A stretch of DNA of 64,000 nt from an uncultured Clostridia bacterium (GTDB lineage Bacteria; Bacillota; Clostridia; Christensenellales; UBA1242): positions 188,663 to 252,662 of the forward strand of contig CAKVHF010000001.1 of assembly GCA_934748015.1 (NCBI GenBank), in the 5' to 3' direction. Each line of letters opens with the position of its first letter. Positions within the stretch are counted from its first letter, which is position 1. Below the pieces are notes generated by a model that had not been told where the DNA came from, did not search any database, and was given only the letters and a program-made list of their open reading frames with translations. The position numbers and the translations under genes are program-made. Shown piece by piece: positions 47,314-56,609 of this stretch.

Positions 47314-49389
47314 ATGATAACAAAAAACAGAAAAATGCTAGCGTTGATAATTGCATTGGTTATAACATTGGTTTCGGTCAGTGGGACTCTTATTGCAGTA
47401 TTGGTTATCAGCAACCAGAGTGCACAATCAACAGTTCATGTTAAATATACCAGTACTGATGTTAACGTAAGAGTAGAAGCTAAGTATTATGTAGGTACGA
47501 CAGGTACAGACATGGTAGACAAGAGCAATAGCAATGCAAAATATCTAGATTTAGATGCTAATAAAACATCAGGTTCTCTTGATCAACCATCTAACGAAGC
47601 GGTCGAGCTAAGCAAAACTAATAACAAAATAATCTATGAATACAAGTTCACCAACTTATCTACAACTATCCCAGCAACTATAGGTCAGCTGGTCGAAAAT
47701 GGCAATGTTGTTGTTCCAAAAGACAGCAATAACAATGTAAAACTAACATATACATCGTCTTCAACATCCCTAGGTTCAGGAGCAACTAGTGACGCAACTA
47801 CACTTAATACCCAAGGACTTCCTGCAGGTACAACAAGATATGTCTATGTTATTGTGTCTATTGTAGAACTACTTAATGATGTAGATTTTTCTGGCAGTTT
47901 TGGTTGGGATCTAGCGAAAGGTGAGGCTATTACATCCAATACAACTGCAGGTAGTCAATCTATCGTTGTAGACACCACAGACGTGAAATTGTATAACAAA
48001 TCTGCTATGGAGAATATACAATTGGTCGTAGGAGTAGAGAACACCGAGCCGGACTACCCAATGATAGAAGACAAATGTTTTACTGGTTGGTATACTGATG
48101 AAAGTTTAGAAACTAAAGCAGTTTTTCCATTAACTCCAACTGCTGAAACCAAATTGTATCCTAAGTATGAAACAGCAACAAGTGATCTTACTTATGTGTA
48201 TAATGAAGCATCACAAAGCTATTTTGTTGGGGATGGAACTACATCATATTCCGGGTCGACAAAAAATATTGTTATTCCTGATACATATAACAATGGAACC
48301 AATGGATTACATGCGGTAACATGTATTAACGATTGTGCGTTTTTAAAAACTAGTATTATTAGTGGTATTGTAATTCCAGGTTCTGTTAGTAATATAAGTA
48401 TAGGAGATAATAGGGCATTGAAAGGCGGCATAACTACAGTGTCTGTATCTTCGGCTAATCCTGTATATAAGAGTGAGAATACATGTATAGTACGCAAGGC
48501 TGATAATTGCTTAATATACGGAGGCCAGAAATATGATATACCAAAATATGTAACATCAATATATGATTATGCATGTTTTGGTTCATATGCTACAACAATT
48601 GCATTAAGAGAAGGTGTTGTTAGTATTGGAAGGCATGCTTTTTATAATAATAAGTTTGCTGAGCTTATTATTCCATCTAGTGTTGTCAATATTGATGAAT
48701 TGGCATTCTCTTCTTGTATGCACTTAAAAAGGGTTACTTTTAAAGAAGGCTTACTTAGTATAGGAAAAGAGGCATTTAGAGGCTGTGTTTCTCTAACAAG
48801 TGTTACAATTCCGAGCACAGTAACCAGTTTGGATCGTCTAGCTTTTATTAATTGTACAGCATTAAATTCTTTTTGGGTTTCAGATAATAACAAAGTGTAT
48901 AAGGGTGAAAGTAATTGTGTAATGTTAAGAGCAGAACCTACTGTTTTGTATTGTTGTTTTGCAAATGGTACTATTCCTGCCTATATAACTAAAATAGGTG
49001 ATTATGCATTTTACTATAATACGGCACGTGGCTCGCTTCATATACCAAAATCTGTAACGGAAATAGGTGTTAGTGCTTTTGAATCTTCTTCAATTAAGGG
49101 TAGCGTCGTTATACCAGATAGTGTAATTACTATTGGAAATTCTGCTTTTAAAAGCTGTAACATAACAAGTGTGACAATTGGTAATGGCGTTAAAAGTATA
49201 GGGGTAAACGCTTTTTATTATTGTGGTAACTTAACAAATATTACATTCAATACAATAACTGGCTGGACTGTCACAAATGACAGTAGCGCAACCACTGGAG
49301 ATCCAGTTACCGTGTCAAAATCTGATACAAAAGCTAATGCGACACTACTAAGAACAACACATGCAAGTAAATATTGGCACAGGGCATAG
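47314..49389 (+). CDS. Membrane-anchored surface protein, paralog 5 (691 aa)
   Basis: Signal anchor MITKNRKMLALIIALVITLVSVSGTLIAVLVI, the family N-domain, CFTGWYTD...LYPK, a divergent BspA-type LRR array, and the tail ANATLLRTTHASKYWHRA. Confidence 0.85.
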   Translation: MITKNRKMLALIIALVITLVSVSGTLIAVLVISNQSAQSTVHVKYTSTDVNVRVEAKYYVGTTGTDMVDKSNSNAKYLDLDANKTSGSLDQPSNEAVELSKTNNKIIYEYKFTNLSTTIPATIGQLVENGNVVVPKDSNNNVKLTYTSSSTSLGSGATSDATTLNTQGLPAGTTRYVYVIVSIVELLNDVDFSGSFGWDLAKGEAITSNTTAGSQSIVVDTTDVKLYNKSAMENIQLVVGVENTEPDYPMIEDKCFTGWYTDESLETKAVFPLTPTAETKLYPKYETATSDLTYVYNEASQSYFVGDGTTSYSGSTKNIVIPDTYNNGTNGLHAVTCINDCAFLKTSIISGIVIPGSVSNISIGDNRALKGGITTVSVSSANPVYKSENTCIVRKADNCLIYGGQKYDIPKYVTSIYDYACFGSYATTIALREGVVSIGRHAFYNNKFAELIIPSSVVNIDELAFSSCMHLKRVTFKEGLLSIGKEAFRGCVSLTSVTIPSTVTSLDRLAFINCTALNSFWVSDNNKVYKGESNCVMLRAEPTVLYCCFANGTIPAYITKIGDYAFYYNTARGSLHIPKSVTEIGVSAFESSSIKGSVVIPDSVITIGNSAFKSCNITSVTIGNGVKSIGVNAFYYCGNLTNITFNTITGWTVTNDSSATTGDPVTVSKSDTKANATLLRTTHASKYWHRA

Positions 49390-49484
49390 TGAAGATAATT
49401 TAATTATTTTTAAAGAAATCTGTTTAATTTACATTTTTTAATTAATAATAAAAGTTGTTTAATTTTGTACAAGTGAATTAAAAA

Positions 49485-49518
49485 ATATTGCAAATATTGG
49501 TTTTGCAATATTTTTTTT
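49485..49518 (+). terminator. Intrinsic terminator after paralog 5
   Basis: ATATTGCAAA pairs with TTTGCAATAT, followed by T8. Confidence 0.75.
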
Positions 49519-49702
49519 GTGTGCGGTGGGTGGTGTCTGTTAGGTCTGAAAATATAACGAAATAACAAGGTATTGACAGATATATTAAGACAACAATGCA
49601 ATCATAGATATTTTAAGGGTATATATAAATAAAAAAAGAGTAACCTAAAAATGATTTTTCTTATGTTACTCTTAGTTTTTGGGTTTGGAATATTGGGGTT
49701 GG

Positions 49703-50245
49703 TTACAATCTGCCCAAGATCCTCTCGCATTCAGATAGTAGGTGAGACATGTCAGAATTGTTAAGGATGTAATAATCGGCAATTGCTATTGGACCAGCTT
49801 TCTCTATATTCTCGATCTCTGTTAGATCACGCTTGTCAACCTCTGCACTGGTTAAGGCTCTAGTTGGTCTATTGGCAATTCTTGCTTTTCGGATATCCTT
49901 GTCTACTACTACGCTTATTATTTTGAAATTGTCTCCGTAGATGTCTTTGATGTATTTGTATTCACTCCAAGAGTATAGACTCTCTATTACTACATTGCCT
50001 TTGCTGTAGGCTTCTGCAATTTTCTTTTCGTTTAGTTTAGCGTATATAGCCATATCGCCACTAGCACGAAATTCTTCTCTTATCTTTCTTTCATTATCTT
50101 GGTTGTTTTCTAGTCCACGCTTTGCAATTTCTTCAAATGTTATTGCTCCAAAATATATTCTAGCAAATCCTTTTTCTTCGAAATAGTTAGTAACTTCGCT
50201 TTTTCCAGCACCACACATGCCTACAATAGCTATTATTTTGTTCAT
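49703..50245 (-). CDS. P-loop nucleoside/nucleotide kinase family protein (dephospho-CoA kinase / dNMP kinase-like)
   Basis: ATG 50245 follows AGGAG. Walker A IVGMCGAGKS. Size (~180 aa) and layout fit small NMP-kinase-fold proteins. Substrate unknown. Confidence 0.55.
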   Translation of the reverse strand: MNKIIAIVGMCGAGKSEVTNYFEEKGFARIYFGAITFEEIAKRGLENNQDNERKIREEFRASGDMAIYAKLNEKKIAEAYSKGNVVIESLYSWSEYKYIKDIYGDNFKIISVVVDKDIRKARIANRPTRALTSAEVDKRDLTEIENIEKAGPIAIADYYILNNSDMSHLLSECERILGRL

Positions 50246-50590
50246 TTGTTTGTCTCCTAATAGTATAATATCTAAATAGCAGTGTAGCACAAAAAGGTTA
50301 AAGTTAACAAATGTATTTGGATAACAAAATTAAAATTAATATAATTGGTGATAGATGTGAAGCGGTAGGGTAATTGAGTTAAAACTAAGTTGTATAGAAC
50401 TGGTTAGTGACAAACAAACCCTAATTGTTGCATCTAACATATATGTTAGAATGTATGTAAAATAGGCATTATATCGCAATATTTGTGGCACAATTAATTG
50501 TGATATTTGGCAATAAAATTATTATTATCAAATAAAAAATATGTGGTGCACAAATATTTACTAAATTTTGAAAAAAATTGCAAAATTCTC

Positions 50591-50619
50591 TTGACAATGG
50601 TTGCCACATATAGTAAAAT
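50591..50619 (+). promoter_or_regulatory. Sigma-A type promoter of the tRNA cluster
   Basis: TTGACA (50591-50596), 17-nt spacer, TAAAAT (50614-50619). Confidence 0.7.
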
Positions 50620-50655
50620 TTGTTCGTTATCTTATGAAAGGTAATGGAAGGATTT

Positions 50656-50732
50656 CGGGGTGTAGCGCAGTTTGGTAGCGCACATGATTTGGGATCATGG
50701 GGCCGGGAGTTCGAGTCTCTTCACCCCGACCA
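50656..50732 (+). tRNA. tRNA-Pro (anticodon UGG)
   Basis: Manual cloverleaf: acceptor CGGGGTG/CACCCCG, anticodon arm CATGA-TTTGGGA-TCATG, T-loop TTCGAGT, encoded CCA. Confidence 0.9.
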
Positions 50733-50749
50733 CTTATCTAATGCAATTT

Positions 50750-50826
50750 GGGCCTTTAGCTCAGTTGGTTAGAGCAACCGGCTCATAACCGGTTTGTCCG
50801 GGGTTCAAGTCCCTGAAGGCCCACCA
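50750..50826 (+). tRNA. tRNA with CAU anticodon (elongator Met or lysidine-modified Ile2)
   Basis: Acceptor GGGCCTT/AAGGCCC, anticodon arm CCGG-CTCATAA-CCGG, T-loop TTCAAGT, CCA. The body resembles Firmicute tRNA-Ile2(CAU), but identity cannot be fixed by eye. Confidence 0.85.
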
Positions 50827-50854
50827 AAAAATTGTTTTAGATATTTATATATAT

Positions 50855-50931
50855 GGCCTGGTAGTTCAGTTGGTTAGAACGCTAGCCTGTCACGCTAGAG
50901 GTCGAGAGTTCGAGTCTCTTCCAGGTCGCCA
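50855..50931 (+). tRNA. tRNA-Asp (anticodon GUC)
   Basis: Acceptor GGCCTGG/CCAGGTC, anticodon arm CTAGC-CTGTCAC-GCTAG, T-loop TTCGAGT, CCA. Confidence 0.9.
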
Positions 50932-50939
50932 TTATGTCT

Positions 50940-51015
<76 letters not shown>

Positions 51016-51050
51016 TATTACATTATCAATTGATAGATAACATATTATAT

Positions 51051-51126
51051 GCTGGTGTAGCTCAATAGGTAGAGCAGCTGACTTGTAATCAGCAGGTTGT
51101 GGGTTCGATTCCTATCACCAGCTCCA
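51051..51126 (+). tRNA. tRNA-Thr (anticodon UGU)
   Basis: Acceptor GCTGGTG/CACCAGC, anticodon arm GCTGA-CTTGTAA-TCAGC, T-loop TTCGATT, CCA. Confidence 0.9.
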
Positions 51127-51241
51127 ACCAAACATCGAAAAAGTTAAATTGAATATAAAATAACTTATTTTTTTTATTTTTTCATATTCAACTCTATCTC
51201 CTTTCTAAATTTACCTTTTTTTGATGTTTGACAACTTATTT

Positions 51242-51326
51242 GGGAGAGTTCCAGAGCGGCCAAATGGAACAGACTGTAAATCTGTCGTCTCAGACTTCGT
51301 TGGTTCGAATCCAGCCTCTCCCACCA
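51242..51326 (+). tRNA. tRNA-Tyr (anticodon GUA), class II with a long variable arm
   Basis: Acceptor GGGAGAG/CTCTCCC, anticodon loop CTGTAAA, long variable arm, T-loop TTCGAAT, CCA. Confidence 0.88.
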
Positions 51327-51335
51327 AAGCAAACA

Positions 51336-51362
51336 AAAAGTCCTAGTTTTAGGACTTTTTTT
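51336..51362 (+). terminator. Intrinsic terminator after the tRNA cluster
   Basis: AAAAGTCCTA-GTTT-TAGGACTTTT plus T-run. Confidence 0.8.
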
Positions 51363-51843
51363 GTTGCAAAATGTTAAATGGGTCCATTTTGGGTCTAAAA
51401 AAATAAAAAGCATTTAAATTTTATCTAAAATATTTAGTAAAATATATGCTCTGCGTTATATTTAAATTATGTGAACAAAAAAAGGGAATTAGAAAAACTG
51501 TGATGATTTTACTAATTTCCTTTTTTGTAAGTATATGGCTACCACTACGAAACTTAATTGACCAAAAATAATCTTTGCCACAGTATCCTTGAGGTATATG
51601 CCATACATCGAAGTATAACAATTATTAAGTCGTTAGATCATAACAATGCAAACCAACAGTAGGCATTGTGTTAGGAAGAAATAACAGACATCGTCTTTGT
51701 TAACTTCTATTACTAGTATGTGTCGCAAAGGTAATAATATGCATATATATTTAATATTTTTACTAAAAATTATCAACCGATATTTGTTTTGGTTAAAGTG
51801 ACAATATAGTGTATAATCATTACTAATTAGAGGGGGAAAAGGA

Positions 51844-52848
51844 ATGGAAACATATAATTTTGCAATAGATCTATGTGCGGAGCATATTGCTATATATCGT
51901 GCTGGTCAAGGTGTGGTATTGTCCGAATCACCAATTGTACTATTGTCTGGCAAGGGCAAGAACCCAAAAGAGATATATTGCGGTGATGAAGCCAATGAAC
52001 TTATCAATAAGATTGAAGACTGCAAGGTGTGCTATCCGACCGCTTGTGGCAAAATAACTGATTTCGATAATGCAGTAATTTTGGTCAATAATATGCTTAA
52101 GAAGGTTGAAGACAGATCTATACTCAAGAAGCGTAATCTTATCTTTCTTGTGCCATGTGGGCTGAGTAAAGCGGATCTTGACAGATATATGGATCTAGGA
52201 TATGCTCTTTCTGCCAAAAATGTAAAGTTGATCCCAAGAGTACAAACCATTGCTAGATTAAATCAGAAGAAAGACAAGCTGTCAAACATGTATATTGTTT
52301 TGAACAAAGACTATTTCGATATTGCGGTTATATATAATAACAGCATTGTGCGAGGATACACAATAGATCTAGGCTATAGTATTATAACCAACAATATAGA
52401 GCGATATATATTTGCCAACAAACAGGCAGAATTGGATGAGAAGACGCTAGATGAGATCACATTCGACCTTGCAACTGTTATCCCCAATGACAGTGTGGAG
52501 GAAAAATATACAGGTCTAGAGTCATACACTAAACAAGCAATTGATTTCAAAATATCTTCGCTAGAAGTTGTAAATTATTACACAAGTTATGCTTGCGAGG
52601 TGTGTGATATTATCGAGGCAATTATGCGAACTCTGTCACGAGAGATAGTTGCAGAACTAAAAGTTGCCGGTGCGACCATTTCGGGCAAAATCGCCAAAAT
52701 TACGGGACTAACTAAGTTTCTTAGCAGTAGGCTAAACTTCGATGTCATAGCAAGCGAGCATGATGAGTATTCGGCATTGCTTGGTGTCGGCAGTATCATG
52801 ACCGATCTAGGCGAAATAGATAAGATTGCAATTGATAACAAGATATAA
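51844..52848 (+). CDS. MreB/actin-fold homolog lacking the nucleotide-binding motifs (putative pseudo-ATPase)
   Basis: Colinear with MreB by eye: [27 protein letters not shown] vs [38 protein letters not shown] vs CVPSGITAVE; C-terminal [32 protein letters not shown] vs [32 protein letters not shown]. The DLGT, DxGGGT and GGG motifs are all replaced. Confidence 0.5.
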   Translation: [334 protein letters not shown]

Positions 52849-53178
52849 TAATTTGTTTACAATAATAGTAATTCTTAGAAATTTTGCTTGCCATGATGCA
52901 ATGATGTTAAAAAATAGATCACATATTTATAAAAATAATAATCAATAGCACACATAACCACAAAACCCTAAATTTTAAGGACAATGTAATAGCCACAGCC
53001 CCCGATTAAGGGTATTAGAGAATCCACTAAAACCATTAAACTCGCTATAGTTAGTACAATATTAGATATTTATCAAATAACGCTAAAAGTAGACAAAATC
53101 TGATAAAAATTTTGTTTACTTTTTTCTTGCAAAATCTTAACATGATTGTATCAATACAATCACCAACAGGAGAAGGAG

Positions 53179-53973
53179 ATGGCACGAAAAATTTTGATTA
53201 CCTCAGGCAAAGGCGGAGTGGGGAAGACTACCATATCCGCTAACATTGGAACAAGGCTGGCAAAAATGGGTTACTCAGTACTTATAATTGACGGTGATCT
53301 TGCTCTAAACAATCTAGATATAGTTATGGGCATGGAAGATAAAGTAGTGTATGACATAAGTGATATTACGTATGGCAAATGCCGAGCAAAACAGGCTATA
53401 ATTACCGATTATTACAACCCAAACCTAAATATATTGCCATCCAGCAAAGGTGTCAGAGCGTTGGGATTATCTAGTCAAGCATTGGATGGGATTATACATG
53501 ATTTGGACAAAAATTACGATTATATATTGATAGACTCTCCAGCGGGCATAGACAATGCTTTTGCCAAAGTCGTAGGATTAGCAAAAGAGGCAATAGTTGT
53601 AACCACTCCGCATATATCTGCCATAAGAGATGCCGACAAGATGTGTAGTGTACTAAGAAGTGTAGGCATAACAGATATCAAGATAGTTGTCAATAGGGTT
53701 AGAGGTGACCTTGTTGTTAGTGGCGAGTCAATAAGTGTTGACTTCATTAGTGATTTCTTTCGATTGCCTATTATAGGTGTAGTACCAGAGGATGATGAAA
53801 TCAATAACCAACTGCTATTGGGTGGTGATGTACATGTGTCTACGCCTGCGTATGTATCATTTGGGAAAATCGCTAAGAGTGTGTCTACTGGTAAAATTGA
53901 TGTATATGATTGTACTAAGAGGTATAGAGGATTGATAGGAAGTATAAGAAGGAAACTGCGTAAGGTGATATAG
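53179..53973 (+). CDS. minD: Septum site-determining ATPase MinD
   Basis: ATG 53179 follows GGAGAAGGAG. Deviant Walker A SGKGGVGKTT, LIIDGD, DSPAG, and a C-terminal amphipathic helix (IGSIRRKLRKVI). Confidence 0.92.
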   Translation: MARKILITSGKGGVGKTTISANIGTRLAKMGYSVLIIDGDLALNNLDIVMGMEDKVVYDISDITYGKCRAKQAIITDYYNPNLNILPSSKGVRALGLSSQALDGIIHDLDKNYDYILIDSPAGIDNAFAKVVGLAKEAIVVTTPHISAIRDADKMCSVLRSVGITDIKIVVNRVRGDLVVSGESISVDFISDFFRLPIIGVVPEDDEINNQLLLGGDVHVSTPAYVSFGKIAKSVSTGKIDVYDCTKRYRGLIGSIRRKLRKVI

Positions 53974-53985
53974 GGAGGATAGTAT

Positions 53986-54234
53986 ATGGACAAGACAAGC
54001 ATGCAAGTATATTGCGAGAACAGATTAAAGAATATAATGATTAAGGATAAGGCCAATAACCCACAGAAGATAAGTAATGTACTAAGGTCGGAGATATTAT
54101 ATGTACTTAAGAACTATCTAGAGATTAATGATTATGATCTAGATATAGATGTAAGTATAGCAGATAGTGGGTGTTATCATATAAAGATAGAAGCGGATTG
54201 TCGAAATATCAAGAATGTATCATATATTAGTTAG
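53986..54234 (+). CDS. minE: Cell division topological specificity factor MinE
   Basis: 82 aa directly after minD; RBS GGGAGG. MinE-like pattern (ENRLKNIMIKDKA...LRSEILYVLKNYLEIN...DIDV). Confidence 0.72.
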   Translation: MDKTSMQVYCENRLKNIMIKDKANNPQKISNVLRSEILYVLKNYLEINDYDLDIDVSIADSGCYHIKIEADCRNIKNVSYIS

Positions 54235-54299
54235 GAGATAGATATCATAAAAGGGACATACAATCTCATATAGTTATGTAGATAACAAGTGAGGTGGAT

Positions 54300-54923
54300 A
54301 TGGAAATACATAGTGCGGAGATAGTAAAAGTATATAAGAGCGATATAACACTAACAAGATATAACAAAAGATATAGAAGGATAAGAACCTATAGTATGCT
54401 ATTTCTATTATTAGTGCCAGTTATTGCTTTGGCATGTATAGGGATAGGGTCTAATGGATATCTAAGCAATATATATCACAACGCATGCAATCTATACAAT
54501 CCTATATACTCTCCATATATAGAAACCAGCAATATGACATTTGCATGGAACTATAATTTCAGCGAAGATGTACAAGACTTTGATATGCCTATAGTTAGTT
54601 CGGATTATAGAATAGAGGCAGACGGAACAGTTATTGCTAAAGTAAAAGAGAGTATTATGGTTAAATCTGTAGCAGATGGCGTAGTAGTAAGCGTAAGCCA
54701 ACAAGATGGCGTAAAAAGTATCAAAATTGCTTATTCCAATGATCTGACAGTAGAATATATTAATATGGATGTACTAGGAGTTAACGAAGGCAATATTGTA
54801 GAGAGAGGCAAACAGATCGGCACTGCTAAATTGGGTGACGAAATAATGTTCAAAGCATATCTGGGAAATAATCAAATCAAAGGCTTCAAGATTGAAAATA
54901 ATAAACTAGTATGGCAAAATTAA
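54300..54923 (+). CDS. SpoIVFA-like membrane protein with a degenerate LytM/M23 domain
   Basis: One TM helix (MLFLLLVPVIALACIGI). The C-terminal M23-like fold (ADGVVVSV...VKSIKIAYSNDLTVEYINMD...VERGKQIGTA...MFKAY) lacks the metal-binding His residues. Lies directly upstream of, and overlaps, the spoIVFB-like gene, as in the Bacillus minCD-spoIVFA-spoIVFB arrangement. Confidence 0.55.
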   Translation: MEIHSAEIVKVYKSDITLTRYNKRYRRIRTYSMLFLLLVPVIALACIGIGSNGYLSNIYHNACNLYNPIYSPYIETSNMTFAWNYNFSEDVQDFDMPIVSSDYRIEADGTVIAKVKESIMVKSVADGVVVSVSQQDGVKSIKIAYSNDLTVEYINMDVLGVNEGNIVERGKQIGTAKLGDEIMFKAYLGNNQIKGFKIENNKLVWQN

Positions 54924-55747
54924 AAATAACCATTGAGCCACTGAGTTTTGTGGCTCTTTTTTTACTAATTATTTTTGGATGGCTGGAGCAGGTGTTATTC
55001 TATGTAGTAGCACTTGTGTTGCACGAGTTCTCTCACTATTATGTTGCAAGAAAACTAGGTTATGACTTTGATAACATTACATTTTCACCTTTTGGCGCTG
55101 TCCTGAATGGCAACAAAAATGTATTTAAGACCAAAGATGAGGTTATGGTCGCACTGGCTGGGCCTGTGTGCAATCTGTTGCTAGCAGTCTTGTGTGTTGC
55201 TGTATGGTGGATGTTTCCTAGTACATATATATTTACTCATTCTTTCGTTATAGCCAATATGGCACTATTTGTGTTCAATATGCTTCCGCTATTTCCGCTG
55301 GATATGGGTAGGGTGGTTGTTGCTTGTATCAAAAATACTCGAAAAACAAAGGTACTATTCAAGATCTATATTGTTAACAGTATTATATTTGCTATATTGT
55401 TGTTAGCCCTATTTGTGGTGTCTGCTTTTGGTCAAGTCAATATAACACTACTACTAGTATCAATATTGCTTATTAGTTCAATATTTGATGTCAAGAAAGA
55501 TATATACTATCAACATGCTTATGTTAGCAAGATTAGTTCACATTACAATAGTGTCACATCAGTCAAGGAATATATAGTGCCAGAGGATACAAAATTATTA
55601 AAATTGTTAAAATATATTAACAAAAATAGTTATTCTATTTTTCTTTTTGTGGACAAAGGTGGTAATATATTGTATAAACTAAATGAAAAACAACTATTGG
55701 ATAAATGTCTAAATAATGACACAGGAGCAAAGGATTGGAAGAAGTAA
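54911..55747 (+). CDS. spoIVFB: Site-2 metalloprotease SpoIVFB (M50B family)
   Basis: HEFSHYYVARKLG (HExxH) in a TM helix, NMLPLFPLDMG (NxxPxxxLDG-type second motif), and a C-terminal CBS-like region. Confidence 0.8.
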   Translation: MAKLKITIEPLSFVALFLLIIFGWLEQVLFYVVALVLHEFSHYYVARKLGYDFDNITFSPFGAVLNGNKNVFKTKDEVMVALAGPVCNLLLAVLCVAVWWMFPSTYIFTHSFVIANMALFVFNMLPLFPLDMGRVVVACIKNTRKTKVLFKIYIVNSIIFAILLLALFVVSAFGQVNITLLLVSILLISSIFDVKKDIYYQHAYVSKISSHYNSVTSVKEYIVPEDTKLLKLLKYINKNSYSIFLFVDKGGNILYKLNEKQLLDKCLNNDTGAKDWKK

Positions 55748-56433
55748 GAACTAAAGGGATAGTTATAGATAGCACTGATTACAAAGAGTATGACAAATTG
55801 CTAACAATATTTACATACGATATGGGAGTAATCAGGGCGGTTATTAAGGGTGTTAAGAAGAGCACTGCAAAATCTCGCTTTGCTGGACAATTATTTTGTT
55901 TTACAGAATTAATACTGTCTAAGCGAGGCGAATATTATACAGTGATTAGTTGCGACCTGATCGAGAGTTTTTTCGAAATCGCATACAATTATGAAAAATT
56001 TGTCCTGGCAACGGATATTGTCAAAGTAATCAAGTTTGTATCAAAATATCAACCTGATAGCACTGAACTATTTATAACCTTTGTTTCTATCTTAAATGTC
56101 CTACTTAAGACTGACACCAATCTGAACCTTGTGTATCTCAAATTCTTGGTTGAAACATTGAAAGTCCTTGGTTACAAACACAATTATAACAAGTGTGATA
56201 AATGTCAAATAAGCATCGAAAATGACGCTTATTTAGACCTTGTGGCAGGTGCGATTGTGTGTGGGAACTGCAAAACAAGCAAATGTGCTCATATTGCTAA
56301 GAATGTTATACACTTGATTAACAGGGTGTCAAATAGCGAGTATGTTGATCTAGAGGCTATAGAAACAGCCGATGACACTGCACTTAGTGCATTGAAAGTG
56401 GTTCAGACACTATTTAAGATCAATTGCAACTAA
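55735..56433 (+). CDS. recO: DNA repair protein RecO
   Basis: TTG start. OB-fold N-terminus (TKGIVIDSTDYKEYDKLLTIFTYDMGVIRAVIKGVKK) and a C-terminal zinc motif CDKC...CGNC. Confidence 0.85.
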   Translation: MEEVRTKGIVIDSTDYKEYDKLLTIFTYDMGVIRAVIKGVKKSTAKSRFAGQLFCFTELILSKRGEYYTVISCDLIESFFEIAYNYEKFVLATDIVKVIKFVSKYQPDSTELFITFVSILNVLLKTDTNLNLVYLKFLVETLKVLGYKHNYNKCDKCQISIENDAYLDLVAGAIVCGNCKTSKCAHIAKNVIHLINRVSNSEYVDLEAIETADDTALSALKVVQTLFKINCN

Positions 56434-56609
56434 CACAATGTATTAATAAGGCAAGTTTTTTGTCTTATTTTTTCATTTTGTTGGCGACTATGTGATGTTA
56501 TCTACAAATAATATACTTTTTTTTAAAAATACATTTGCATTTTGTATATAATTTTTATATAATATTTATCGGTATTTAAGCCGAAAAAATATAAACAGGA
56601 GAAAAAAGT

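Noticed and set aside
51174-51413. 79-aa minus-strand ORF
   Set aside because: It overlaps tRNA-Tyr and its terminator on the opposite strand. It is spurious.
51363-51843. 480-bp gap after the tRNA cluster as a possible integrated-element junction (tRNA-adjacent att site or integrase remnant)
   Set aside because: I found no direct repeat of the tRNA 3' end and no integrase-like ORF (the 66-aa ORF at 51421-51621 has no recognisable motifs). Only one terminator-like hairpin is present (about 51481-51526).
53520-54056. 178-aa minus-strand ORF; likewise 30743-31207, 8561-9019 and 12373-12735
   Set aside because: They are antisense shadows of minD, rimO, the carboxypeptidase and the ABC genes respectively. 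Their sequences are low-complexity with no RBS.
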